64,000 bases of DNA from an uncultured Gemmatimonadales bacterium (GCA_963793305.1 CAWBZV010000012.1:128001-192000), one strand, 5' to 3'. Positions 30,788 to 40,664 are shown, counted from the first letter of the stretch. Numbers and translations: made by a program. The notes: generated from the letters alone by a model not told the origin.

Positions 30788-30864
30788 ACGAGCACAGCTA
30801 TGCAAGAGCCGAACCCCAGGCCCCAAGGGGTGGTCCCAAGCGTCCTAAACCGTAGACTTTCGTC

Positions 30865-32076
30865 GTGAGACAAATGCGTCAAATTGTCGGCCCGGCGGTG
30901 CTCGTCATCGCGGGCGGTGTTGTCGCCTTCGCGTCGCAGTCAATATCGGCGCGAATCCTCACCGCGTGCCTTTTGACAGCCGGTGCGGCGCTCGCCGTAC
31001 ACGTTGCGGTCACATTGACTCGCGAGCTCGAGCGCCGCTCGGCCGAACAGGAAGCAACGAACGCGCAAATGCGCGAGGCGGCGACGACGGCGGAGCAGGC
31101 GCGGGTCGCGCTCACGGCCGAACGGCGATTCTTGCGGCAAGTAATCGATATCAATCCGAACTTCGTGTTCGCGAAGGACCGCCAGGGGCGTTTCACGCTC
31201 GTGAATCAGGCCATCGCGGATGTCTATGGAACATTGATCGATCAGCTCCTCGGCAAATCCGACGCCGAATTCAACAGCAACGAGGACGAGGTCGAATTTT
31301 TCCGTCGCATTGACCGACAGGTGATCGAGTCCGGTCGGCCGCTCCTCATCCCCGAGGAGCGTATTACGGACGCATCGGGTTCGGTGCGGTGGCTTCAGAC
31401 CGTGAAATGCCCGATCATCGGCGATAGTGGCCGGGCCGAGCAGGTGCTCGGCGTTTCCACTGATATCACCGAGCGGAAGCGCATGGAGGTAGAGCTGCGC
31501 GCCGAGGGCGTGCGCGTACGAGCGATGCAGCGCGTGACCGCGGGGCTCGCTGCCGCGGCGTCACCGGCGGAGGTCGCGCACATTGTCGCATCCGAAGGCG
31601 CGAGCGTCGTGGGGGCACAGGCCGGAGCGGTTGGTATCGTGACCGCCGACCGGCGCTCGTTCGAGCTGCTCGCCATGACTGGCGTGAGCGAGGCCACGTT
31701 CCGCGAGTGGCGCGTCTTTCCGAATACGCCAGGGTTGCCGTATCCGGACGTTGTCACGACCGGCGACCCGATCTTCATTACGAATCGAGCGGATTACGAG
31801 GCGAGATTTCCGGCGTTGGCCGCGACGTTGTCGGCGCACCCGACGCTCTCGGCATTCGCGGTGCTGCCGCTGACGATCGAAGGGCATGTGATGGGTGGGC
31901 TCTCCTTCGATTTCACCGCCCCGCGTGAGTTCGACGAGAACGACCGCGCGCTACTGACGACGCTCGCGCGGCAGTGCGCACAGGCCATCGAGCGGGCGCG
32001 GCTCTATGACGAGGCCAAGCGGGCGCATAGGGACTTGGTTTGGCTCATCACCGCCGCCCTCGTGCACTTTGCGTGA
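30865..32076 (+). CDS. Membrane-anchored PAS + GAF sensor protein with no output domain
   Basis: Two N-terminal TM segments; PAS (FAKDRQGRFTLVN...DITERK); GAF (LPLTIEG...REFDENDRALL...AIERARLY), then stop. Confidence 0.78.
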   Translation: MRQMRQIVGPAVLVIAGGVVAFASQSISARILTACLLTAGAALAVHVAVTLTRELERRSAEQEATNAQMREAATTAEQARVALTAERRFLRQVIDINPNFVFAKDRQGRFTLVNQAIADVYGTLIDQLLGKSDAEFNSNEDEVEFFRRIDRQVIESGRPLLIPEERITDASGSVRWLQTVKCPIIGDSGRAEQVLGVSTDITERKRMEVELRAEGVRVRAMQRVTAGLAAAASPAEVAHIVASEGASVVGAQAGAVGIVTADRRSFELLAMTGVSEATFREWRVFPNTPGLPYPDVVTTGDPIFITNRADYEARFPALAATLSAHPTLSAFAVLPLTIEGHVMGGLSFDFTAPREFDENDRALLTTLARQCAQAIERARLYDEAKRAHRDLVWLITAALVHFA

Positions 32077-32159
32077 AGTTCTGGCGTTTTGCCTGTAGGG
32101 ACAATACGACACAAACGCTTGGCTGCGTTGCGACGTAAGGAGTTACCGAGCTCAACCAA

Positions 32160-32175
32160 TGGGCGTGCCGATTGC
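32160..32175 (+). promoter_or_regulatory. Putative sigma54 (-24/-12) promoter
   Basis: TGGGCGTGCCGATTGC has exact GG-N10-GC spacing (GGCRYG-N4-TTGC). An IHF-like AAGGAGTTA lies about 20 bp upstream. Confidence 0.55.
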
Positions 32176-32218
32176 CACATCCTGTGCCAACTCCTGGGCC
32201 CTAGATGAGGAATCGCTA

Positions 32219-32809
32219 ATGCAGCAGCGCAAACTCCCGTACGTCACAGCTCTCATTCTCGTCAGCGCTGCCCTTTGGGCGTGCGGCGGCGACAATGCGA
32301 CGCAACCTCTTGCCCCAACATTGTCCGCGTCGACGACGACAACAACGAGGACGACAGCGACGAGTAAAGATGTCGTCGGCGACCTCCTCGGCGACCTTGG
32401 ACTCGGCGGTAAGCCAGTCCTGTTCAACTGCGTCGGCAACGGTGGCCCATATACCGGCAGCGGTACGGTCGGTATCCTGGGCGGCCAGGTCAACTTTGGC
32501 CCGCACTCGCTGACGGTTCCGCCGTTGGCGGTCTGGAAGCCGGTGACGATTACGGCGACGACGATCCCCGGCGACACGATCGCGGTGCAGTTCCAGCCGG
32601 CGGGCACCAAGTTCTTGCTGCCGCCGAACCTGTCGCTCGACTACGGTCACTGTCAGAACAAGCCGACCGCGCCCCTGACGATCGACCTGCTCGACGATCT
32701 GCTCGGCACGATCCTCGACCTGCTCCCGTCGCTCGACCCCGGGCAGGGTAAAGTCTCGGCGCCGATCTGGCACTTCTCGGTGTATGCCGCGGCGGAGACG
32801 CGTCGCTAG
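32219..32809 (+). CDS. Secreted lipoprotein with ZU5-like domain ending in HFS motif
   Basis: Lipobox LWAC; GGQVNFGPHSLTVPP...VTIT...FQPAGTKFLLPPNLSLDY; C-terminal IWHFSVYAAAETRR. GAGG SD. Confidence 0.6.
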   Translation: MQQRKLPYVTALILVSAALWACGGDNATQPLAPTLSASTTTTTRTTATSKDVVGDLLGDLGLGGKPVLFNCVGNGGPYTGSGTVGILGGQVNFGPHSLTVPPLAVWKPVTITATTIPGDTIAVQFQPAGTKFLLPPNLSLDYGHCQNKPTAPLTIDLLDDLLGTILDLLPSLDPGQGKVSAPIWHFSVYAAAETRR

Positions 32810-32812
32810 CAC

Positions 32813-34358
32813 GTGGCAACGTTAGCGACGCTGTCGCAGGCCCGGGAACGCGAGCGTGCGGGTAGGCTCGATGCGGCTATCGAGGACTATGTCGCGGTAG
32901 CGGCGGGCGCGGGGACCGATATCACCGAGATCGAAGCGCGGTGTGAGGCCCTGCGCCGCCACGCGATGATCCGCCGGCGGCGCCAGGAGCATGGCGCCGC
33001 GATCGCGTTGTGCGAGGAGAGCTTCAACACGGCCACGGCAGCGCACCTGCCGCTGGCCGCTTCGTCTGCCCTGAATGCCCTCGGGCTGGTGCACATTGAT
33101 CGCGCCTCGTGGGCCGCGGCGAATGATGCGTTCGAGCGGGCGCTGACGCTCGGCGGGCACGACCCGAAGCTCCGCGCCAGCATCGAGCAGAATTGCGGGA
33201 TCGTCGCCAACATCCAGGGCGACTTCACCACCGCTTTGAGCCGCTATCGCCGAGCGTTGGCGGGCTTCGAGGCGGCCGGCGATCATCGCGGGTGCGCGAT
33301 CGTCAACCACAACTTAGGCATGATCAGCGCCGACCTGCAGCGCTGGGAAGAGGCCGACGCGCACTTCGCGGCGAGCCTCGAGCTGGGCGCGAAGATCGGC
33401 GACCCGCAGTTGCGCGCCAACGCGCTGTTGCAGCGCACGGAAATCCATCTCGCCCGCCAGCGCTACGAGGACGCGCGCCAGGGCGCCGAAGAAGCGCTGC
33501 GCATCTTCGACGAGCTCGGCGTCCGTCAGGGGCGATCCGAGGCGTATCGGTTCCTGGGCATGATGTACCGCGAGACGGGCGCGCCGGCCTTGGCCGAAGC
33601 GCGATTGCGCTCGGCCATGAAGCTGGCGTCGGATGCGGGCACGAACATCGAGGAAGCCGAAGCGACGCGCGAGCTGGCCGTGCTGTATCAGCAGCTCAAT
33701 CGCAATCAAGATGCGCTGACGCTGCTCAACGTCTCGCACCGCCTCTTCCAACGCTCGGGCGCGCAAGCCGATCTCAAGGACGTTACGACGAAGGTCGTCG
33801 ATCTCGAGCGCATTTACCTGGACCTCGTTGCGACGTGGGGGCGCTCGATCGAATCCGCGGACGGGTACACGCACGGTCACTGTGAGCGTGTCGCCCAGTA
33901 CGCGACGACCGTCGCGCAGCGCCTCGGGCTCAACGAATCCATGATCACCGCCGTGCGCGTCGGCGCGTACCTGCACGACGTTCGGCAAAGTGCGCGTCCC
34001 GCACGAGATCTTGAACAAGCCCGGGCGGTTGACGCCCGAAGAGCGCGAGATCATGGAGCAGCACACCATCTACGGGATCGAGCTCCTGGCCTCGATCGAG
34101 TTCCCGTGGCCCGTCAAGCCGATCATCCGGTCGCACCACGAGAAGCAAGACGGCTCAGGCTACCCCGACCGTCTCCGTGGCGACGAAGTGCCGCTCACCG
34201 CGCAGGTCATCGGCATCGTCGACATGTACGATGCCCTGACCACGACGCGCAGCTACCGCAAAGCCATGACGCACGACGAGGCGGTGGCCGAGATCAACAA
34301 GTGCGCCCACTGGTGGCGCCCCGATGTTGTCTCGGCGTTCCTGAGTACGATCAGCTAG
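32813..34358 (+). CDS. TPR-repeat HD-GYP cyclic-dinucleotide phosphodiesterase (1-bp insertion at ~33981)
   Basis: TPR helices, then THGHCERV, LHDVGK (after removing one T), HHEKQDGSGYP, DMYDALTTTRSYR. Confidence 0.87.
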
Positions 34359-34702
34359 CGCGCGGCGATCGCCGCGATCTCGACCAGGAATTGAGGCCCC
34401 GCCAGCGGGGACCCAACGGTGGCGCGGGCGGGCGGAGACCCGGGGGTCACCCACGCGTCCCAGACGCTGTTCATCGAGTCGTAGAAGGCCACGTTGGACA
34501 ACCAGATATTCGCGGCGAGCAGTTTCGACTTGTCGCTGCCCGCCTCGCGGAGCAGCGATTCGATCTTCGCGAGGCACTGGCGGGTTTGACCGATAATGTC
34601 CGCCGTCGTATCGCTGGCGACCTGGCCGGCGATGTAGATCGTGTCGCCGTGCACGACCGCCTGACTCATGCGTGGCCCGGCGTTGATGCGTTGTATGCTC
34701 AT
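34355..34702 (-). CDS. Rid family (YoaB/Rid2-like) imine/enamine deaminase
   Basis: IYIAGQVA, MNSVWDAW, PARATV (catalytic Arg), VEIAAIA. Confidence 0.88.
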   Translation of the reverse strand: MSIQRINAGPRMSQAVVHGDTIYIAGQVASDTTADIIGQTRQCLAKIESLLREAGSDKSKLLAANIWLSNVAFYDSMNSVWDAWVTPGSPPARATVGSPLAGPQFLVEIAAIAAR

Positions 34703-35616
34703 CGGGTGAAGTCCACGGCAACCGTGTTGCCGCCGCTAATGACGATGCCGACGCGCTCGGCGGGCGCCGGCGTGTAGACACCAGAAAGTATCGCCGCCAA
34801 GGCGCACGCGCCCGCCGGCTCGGCGACCAAGCGCGCGTGCGACCACAGGTGTTCTTGCGCCCGGCGGATCGCGTCGTCCGTGACGAGGACGACGCGCTCA
34901 ACCCACCGGCGGGCCACGGGATAGCACTGATCGCCGACGCGCTTGGGCGACATCGCATCAGCCGCGATCCCGACGCCAGACTGGGTATCCACGGGGTGAC
35001 CGGCTTCGAATGCGTTGTACAACGTGGGTGACAGCTCGGGCTCGACGCCGATCACGCGAATCGACCCGTCGTACCAGGCGCCGAGTCCGGCGATGAGCCC
35101 GCCGCCGCCGACGGGCACGAGCAGCGTGTCGAGCGTGGGCGCCTGCTCTTGCAGCTCCAATCCCACGGTTCCCGCGCCGAGCATCGTCTCGACCTGGTCG
35201 AACGAATGGACCACGATCGCACCCGACTCCGCCGCCCACGCCTCGGCCTGCTCGAATGCCTCCGGGATACCCTCCGCGAGCACGAGGGTCGCGCCGTAGT
35301 CGCGAATGCGCTGGAGCTTGGCGGGTGAGGCGTAGCGTGGGGCGAAGATCTTTGCCGTGTGCCCCAGGGCACGCGCGGCGAACGCCACGGCCCCGCCGTG
35401 ATTGCCGCCCGTGGCCGCCACGACGCCGGCGGCCGGGACCTCGCGCATGAGAAGGTTGGCGAACGCGCCCCGCGTCTTGAACGAGCCCGCGTGTTGGCAG
35501 AGCTCGAGTTTGGCCGTGAGGCCATCGAGGGTGATCGTCGGCGTTCGGCGAATGTATGAGCCAATATGCGTGTGGGCGGCGGCAATGCCATCCCGATCGA
35601 CCGTGAGCGTCAGCAT
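34699..35616 (-). CDS. PLP-dependent threonine/serine dehydratase
   Basis: GSFKTRGA (PLP Lys), GGNHG, PVGGGGLI, EPAGA, ISGGN. Confidence 0.88.
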   Translation of the reverse strand: MLTLTVDRDGIAAAHTHIGSYIRRTPTITLDGLTAKLELCQHAGSFKTRGAFANLLMREVPAAGVVAATGGNHGGAVAFAARALGHTAKIFAPRYASPAKLQRIRDYGATLVLAEGIPEAFEQAEAWAAESGAIVVHSFDQVETMLGAGTVGLELQEQAPTLDTLLVPVGGGGLIAGLGAWYDGSIRVIGVEPELSPTLYNAFEAGHPVDTQSGVGIAADAMSPKRVGDQCYPVARRWVERVVLVTDDAIRRAQEHLWSHARLVAEPAGACALAAILSGVYTPAPAERVGIVISGGNTVAVDFTR

Positions 35617-35623
35617 GGTTGAC

Positions 35624-35653
35624 AAGATACTTAGCCAAATAGCTAATTATCAA
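35624..35653 (-). promoter_or_regulatory. sigma70 promoter of the dehydratase gene with putative ArsR operator in the spacer
   Basis: Minus strand TTGATA-N18-TATCTT-N7-ATG; inverted repeat TTAGC-N6-GCTAA (35631-35646). Confidence 0.6.
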
Positions 35654-35654
35654 T

Positions 35655-35957
35655 ATGGTGATCGATCGCGTGCTGCGCGCGCTGGCCAGCGAGCGACGGC
35701 TGCGCATCCTCGACTGGCTCAAAAATCCCGTCGCCCATTTTCCGCCGCAGGTCGACGGGGATCTGGTGAAGGACGGCGTGTGCGGCGTGTTCATCGCCCA
35801 GAAGCTCGGCGTGTCGCAACCCACGGCGCACGAGCACTTGCGCATTCTCTCGGCCGCGGGGCTCATCCGCGGGAAGCGCATCAAGCAGTGGACGTTCTAT
35901 AAGCGCGACGAGGCGCGCATTCGGGAGCTCAAACGGGGCGTTTTGAGCCGGATCTAA
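35655..35957 (+). CDS. ArsR/SmtB family transcriptional regulator
   Basis: ALASERRLRILDWL...GVC...SQPTAHEHLRILSAAGLI...WTFYKR. Confidence 0.88.
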   Translation: MVIDRVLRALASERRLRILDWLKNPVAHFPPQVDGDLVKDGVCGVFIAQKLGVSQPTAHEHLRILSAAGLIRGKRIKQWTFYKRDEARIRELKRGVLSRI

Positions 35958-35973
35958 ATCAAAACGCCCCGTT
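35932..35973. terminator. Probable bidirectional intrinsic terminator hairpin
   Basis: 15-bp perfect inverted repeat AACGGGGCGTTTTGA / TCAAAACGCCCCGTT between convergent genes. Confidence 0.6.
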
Positions 35974-35979
35974 CGCGTG

Positions 35980-36234
35980 TTACATGCAGCTCGCCGATTT
36001 CATGGCCAGCTTCGTCGCCTCGAACGTGCCATCCTTGTCGGCGGCGCCGGTCAACGTCACGGTGTGCCCGACGTGCCCGTCGAGCTTCACCGACTTCGAC
36101 ATCACCGGCCACGTCTTTCCGCCGGCGGCGATCGAGTACGTCCCGGCCTTGTTGCCCTTCGACAAACACCCGCTCACCGTATCGGCCGGCGCGGGCGCCG
36201 CCATCATCATGATCGCTGCAATGGTGCTTATCAT
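35980..36234 (-). CDS. Small secreted protein, two Cys, probably OB-fold-like
   Basis: Signal peptide, TVSGCL...GHVGHTVTLTG...SASC, AGGAG SD. Confidence 0.65.
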   Translation of the reverse strand: MISTIAAIMMMAAPAPADTVSGCLSKGNKAGTYSIAAGGKTWPVMSKSVKLDGHVGHTVTLTGAADKDGTFEATKLAMKSASCM

Positions 36235-36330
36235 GCTCATCTCCTGTCTTGGGGGTGTCGAGAACCTATCATCAACCACTCCCCCAGTCACGCTCAACGA
36301 TACGCCGGACTCGTGCGTTAGTTTTCTAGC

Positions 36331-39300
36331 ATGTGGATAGTCCGCCTGGCGCTCCGCCGTCCCTACACGTTCGTCGTCGCCTCCCTCCTCGTCATCATCT
36401 TCGGGATCGTCGCGATCCGCCGCACACCGGCGGACGTCTTCCCCGAGATCAACAGCCCAGTCATTAACGTCGTCTGGGTCTGGCCGGGCATGAGCCCGCG
36501 CGACATGGAACAGCGCATCGTCGGCCCGAACGAGCGCTTCGCGACGACCGTCGTCAACGACATCGAGCACATCGAGTCGAACTCGCTGTTCGGCGAGGGC
36601 GTCATCCGGATCTTCTTCCACCCCGATGTCAACATCGGCGCGGCCAACGCGCAGGTCACGGCCTACTGCCAGACCGCGCTGCGCGGCTATCCGCCGGGCA
36701 CGGTCCCACCGCTCATCATCCAGTTCAACGCGACGAACGTCCCGATCCTCCAGCTCGGCATCAGAAGCTCCGTCCTGTCCGAGCAGCAGATCAACGACAA
36801 CGCCTCGAACTTCCTGCGCGTCGGCCTGGCGACCGTCCAAGGCGCGCAGTTGCCGGGGCTCTATGGCGGCAAGCCGCGGCAGATCATGGTCGACCTGGAC
36901 CCGTCGGCCTTGCTCGCCAAGGGGCTGAGCCCGGCCGACGTCAGCCTGGCCATGAACGCGCAGGTCGTGACGACGCCCTCCGGCAGCGTCAAGCTCGGCT
37001 CGCGCGAATATCAGGTCGGGCTCAACTCGAATCCCGACGTCGTCGAGACGCTGAACGACATGCCGATCCGCCAGGTGAACGGCGCGATGGTCTACGTCCG
37101 CGATGTCGCCCACGTGCACGACGGCTACGCCGTCCAGACGAACATCGTCCGCGACAATGGATCCCGCGGCGCGCTGCAAACGATTCTCAAGGCGCAAGGC
37201 AATTCGACGCTCGACATCGTCAAGCGCGTCAAAGAAGCCCTGCCGGCCATCATGAATACCCTGCCGCCGTCGATGCAGATGCGCTACGTGATCGACCAGT
37301 CGGTCTTCGTGCGCGCGGCGCTCGACGGCGTGTTGCGCGAGGCCGCCATCGCGGCGTGCCTCACCGCGCTCATGATCCTCATCTTCCTCGGCAGCTGGCG
37401 CAGCACGCTCATCGTCGCCATCTCGATCCCGCTCTCCATCCTCTGCTCGATCATCACGCTCGCCGCGCTTGGCCAAACGCTGAACGTGATGACCATGGGC
37501 GGACTGGCCCTCGCGGTCGGCATCCTCGTCGACGATGCCACGGTCGAGATCGAGAATATCCATCGTAATTTGGGCCAGCGAAAAGAGCTGACGCAGGCCA
37601 TTCTCGACGGCGCCTCCCAGATCGCGGTGCCCGCGTTCGTGTCCACCTTGGCGATTTGCATCGTCTTCGTCCCCGTGTTCTTCCTCGGGGGTATCGCAGG
37701 CGCGCTCTTCGCCCCGTTAGCCATGGCGGTGATCTTCGCCATGCTCGCGTCGTACGTGCTCTCCCGCACCATCGTGCCGACGATGGTGCAGTTCTTATTG
37801 AAGAACGAAGCCGAGATGTACCGCGAGGGCGAGCACGCCGAGGGCGGGACGGGCCTGGTGTGGCGCATCTATCACGCGTTCAATCACGTGTTCGAGCGCG
37901 CGCGCGACCGGTATCACGCGGCGCTCAAGCACGCCCTGACGCGGAGACGCTGGGTCGCGGCGGCCGCGGTGCTCTTTTGCGTCGGCACGGCATGCCTGCT
38001 GCCATTCATCGGCGAGGACTTTTTCCCGAAGGTCGACGCGGGCCAGATTCGCCTGCACGTGCGCGCGCCGGCCGGCACGCGCATCGAAGAGACCGAGCAA
38101 TTCGTGGCCGCCATCGATCGCACGGTCCGCGAGACCATCCCGCCACGGGAGCTCGCGGGGATTCTCGACAACATCGGGTTGCCCTATAGCCAGATCAACC
38201 TGTCGACGAGCGACACGCCGACGATCAGCGCCGCGGACGCCGAGATCCTGATCTCACTCGAGCCGGAGCACCGCACGTCAACCTGGCAGTACATCAAGGT
38301 CCTGCGCCGGCGGCTCCACGACCTCTATCCCCAGGGCACCTTCTCGTTCGGCGCCGCCGACATCGTGAGCCAGATCCTGAACTTCGGGATTCCGGCGCCG
38401 ATCGACATTCAAGTCGTCGGCCGCGACCCCAGGAACTACGAGATCGCCCAGCGACTCGTGAATGAGATCCGTAACGTGCCGGGCGCCGTGGATGTGCGCA
38501 TTCAGCAGGAGATGGCCGCGCCGGAGCTCATGTTCGACGTCGACCGCTCCCGCGCCGCCGAGCTCGGAGTGTCGCAGCAGAACGTCGCGTCGAGTGTCCT
38601 CACGTCGCTGTCGTCGACCGTGCAAGCTGCGCCCAACTTCTGGCTGAACACGGAGAACGGCATCCAGTACAGCCTCGTTGTCCAGACGCCGCCGCTCAAG
38701 TTCAACACGCTCGACGACGTCAACGCGACCCCCATTGGCTCGCCGGCATCCGGCGTACCCGGATTCACCGGCCTCCCATCCCGCGCGGTCCCGATCGCGA
38801 GCCAGGAAGCACCCCTCGTGCTCGGCAACGTCGCCAGCATGCATCGCACGACGGTGCCGATGGAGATCAGCCACTACAACGTCCAGAACGTGTTCGATAT
38901 CTTCGCCGCGCCGCAGGACCGCGACCTGGGCGGCGTTGCCGCCGATATCGATCGCATCGTCGCCCGTGAGAAACCAAACCTCCCACGCGGCACGCAACTC
39001 GTCGTGCGCGGCCAGGTCCGCAGCATGTTCACCTCGTTCGCTGGTCTTGGCGCCGGTCTCGCGTTCGCGATCTTGCTCGTCTACTTGTTGATGGTCGTCA
39101 ACTTCCAGTCCTGGTCCGACCCGCTGATAATAATTATGGCTCTCCCAGGGGCATTGGCGGGGATTTTGTGGGCGCTCTTCGCCACGAACACCGCCTTTAG
39201 CGTCCCATCGCTCATGGGCGCCATCATGGCCATGGGCGTCGCCACCGCGAATAGCATCCTGCTGGTCACCTTCGCCAACGACCGCCGGCACGCGGGCCGA

Positions 39301-39531
39301 ACCTCGCTCGAGGCCGCGGCCGACGCGGGGTATACCCGCTTGCGTCCCGTGATCATGACGGCCCTCGCCATGATTATTGGCATGCTGCCGATGGCCCTCG
39401 GCCTTGGCGAAGGCGGCGAACAAAACGCACCGCTCGGCCGCGCCGTGATCGGCGGGCTCGTGGTCGCGACCCTCTTCACGCTATTCTTCGTGCCTACTGT
39501 GTATAGTGTTATTCACGGACGGCGCTCATGA
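36331..39531 (+). CDS. RND efflux permease (AcrB/NolG-like)
   Basis: 1066 aa; GILVDDATVEIENIHR, ANSILLV, RLRPVIMTALAMIIGMLPMAL. Confidence 0.93.
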   Translation: MWIVRLALRRPYTFVVASLLVIIFGIVAIRRTPADVFPEINSPVINVVWVWPGMSPRDMEQRIVGPNERFATTVVNDIEHIESNSLFGEGVIRIFFHPDVNIGAANAQVTAYCQTALRGYPPGTVPPLIIQFNATNVPILQLGIRSSVLSEQQINDNASNFLRVGLATVQGAQLPGLYGGKPRQIMVDLDPSALLAKGLSPADVSLAMNAQVVTTPSGSVKLGSREYQVGLNSNPDVVETLNDMPIRQVNGAMVYVRDVAHVHDGYAVQTNIVRDNGSRGALQTILKAQGNSTLDIVKRVKEALPAIMNTLPPSMQMRYVIDQSVFVRAALDGVLREAAIAACLTALMILIFLGSWRSTLIVAISIPLSILCSIITLAALGQTLNVMTMGGLALAVGILVDDATVEIENIHRNLGQRKELTQAILDGASQIAVPAFVSTLAICIVFVPVFFLGGIAGALFAPLAMAVIFAMLASYVLSRTIVPTMVQFLLKNEAEMYREGEHAEGGTGLVWRIYHAFNHVFERARDRYHAALKHALTRRRWVAAAAVLFCVGTACLLPFIGEDFFPKVDAGQIRLHVRAPAGTRIEETEQFVAAIDRTVRETIPPRELAGILDNIGLPYSQINLSTSDTPTISAADAEILISLEPEHRTSTWQYIKVLRRRLHDLYPQGTFSFGAADIVSQILNFGIPAPIDIQVVGRDPRNYEIAQRLVNEIRNVPGAVDVRIQQEMAAPELMFDVDRSRAAELGVSQQNVASSVLTSLSSTVQAAPNFWLNTENGIQYSLVVQTPPLKFNTLDDVNATPIGSPASGVPGFTGLPSRAVPIASQEAPLVLGNVASMHRTTVPMEISHYNVQNVFDIFAAPQDRDLGGVAADIDRIVAREKPNLPRGTQLVVRGQVRSMFTSFAGLGAGLAFAILLVYLLMVVNFQSWSDPLIIIMALPGALAGILWALFATNTAFSVPSLMGAIMAMGVATANSILLVTFANDRRHAGRTSLEAAADAGYTRLRPVIMTALAMIIGMLPMALGLGEGGEQNAPLGRAVIGGLVVATLFTLFFVPTVYSVIHGRRS

Positions 39532-40664
39532 AAGCCGTCCTCGGTACCGGTGCATTGGTGCTGGCGGCGCTCCTGGCGTTCGGCATCATCCCGCGCGTGC
39601 AGCGCTCGCGCGAGCTCGAGGCCGAATCGGCGTCGGTGCACAGCGTGCCGAAGGTGAATGTCGTCACGGTCGGCAAGGCCGCCCCCACGTCTCAGCTCGC
39701 GCTTCCCGGCTCGATCGAGGCGATGCACGAGGCACCGCTCTATGCGCGCACCACGGGCTACATCGCGCGCTGGACCACGGACATTGGCGCGTATGTCACG
39801 CAAGGCCAGCTCATGGCGCAGATCGAGTCGCCCGAGGTCGATCATCAAGTCGATCAGGCCAAAGCTGACTTGATCCAGCTCCAAGCCAACCTGGATCTCG
39901 CCAAACGCACGTTGGACCGTTGGCAAGCACTGGCCCACGATTCGGTTGTCACGGCGCTTGATGTCGATACGAAACAAGCCGCCTATGATGCGGCCGCGGG
40001 CAATTTGAGATCCGGCCAGGCGAATTATCATAGGCTACTGCAACTACAGGATTACGAGCGCGTGGTCGCTCCGTTTCGTGGTGTCGTGACCTCGCGCACG
40101 ATCGACAACGGCATGTTGATCGACGCCGGCGCGACATCGAGCAAGCCGCTCTTCACGGTGGCGGGCACGGATACCGTCAGGGTGTATGTCGACGTGCCGC
40201 AAAGCGCGATGGCGATGGTACAGCCGGGGCAAAAGGCGATCGTCGTGATTCGAGAGCTCCCGCAGACGCCGTTCGAGGGCACGGTAGTCAGAAATGCGAG
40301 GGCCCTGGATGCCGCGTCGCGGACACTGCTGACCGAGGTACAGATCGCGAACCCCAAGCGATTGCTGCTGCCAGGCATGTACGCGGAGGTCCGGTTCCAG
40401 ATCAAGACCGACGGACAAACCCTCGTGATACCGGCAAACGCGCTGGTGGTTCGCACAGAGGGCCCCGAAGCCGCTGTGGTCAAAAGCGACAACACCGTGC
40501 ACTACCAGAAGCTGGAATTGGGAAGGGATTTCGGCACGGAAGTTGAGATTACGGGTGGCCTGGACGAGGGCACGCGGGTCGTCGTCAATCCCTCGGACGA
40601 CATCCGCGAAGGCGTCGCGGTCACCGTGCTGTCACCGGTTGGTGACACAAAGCCAACACGGTAA
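39528..40664 (+). CDS. RND periplasmic adaptor (membrane fusion protein)
   Basis: N-terminal TM, ARTTGYI, APFRGVVT, SRTLLTEV, LLPGMY, IPANALV. Confidence 0.9.
   Translation: MKAVLGTGALVLAALLAFGIIPRVQRSRELEAESASVHSVPKVNVVTVGKAAPTSQLALPGSIEAMHEAPLYARTTGYIARWTTDIGAYVTQGQLMAQIESPEVDHQVDQAKADLIQLQANLDLAKRTLDRWQALAHDSVVTALDVDTKQAAYDAAAGNLRSGQANYHRLLQLQDYERVVAPFRGVVTSRTIDNGMLIDAGATSSKPLFTVAGTDTVRVYVDVPQSAMAMVQPGQKAIVVIRELPQTPFEGTVVRNARALDAASRTLLTEVQIANPKRLLLPGMYAEVRFQIKTDGQTLVIPANALVVRTEGPEAAVVKSDNTVHYQKLELGRDFGTEVEITGGLDEGTRVVVNPSDDIREGVAVTVLSPVGDTKPTR

Noticed and set aside
28628..30826. 732-aa ORF appearing to fuse receiver-PAS-HisKA to an ECF sigma factor
   Set aside because: Caused by the 1-bp insertion near 29694. 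The HATPase domain lies in another frame ending at 29257, and the connecting segment is off-frame, Arg-rich sequence.
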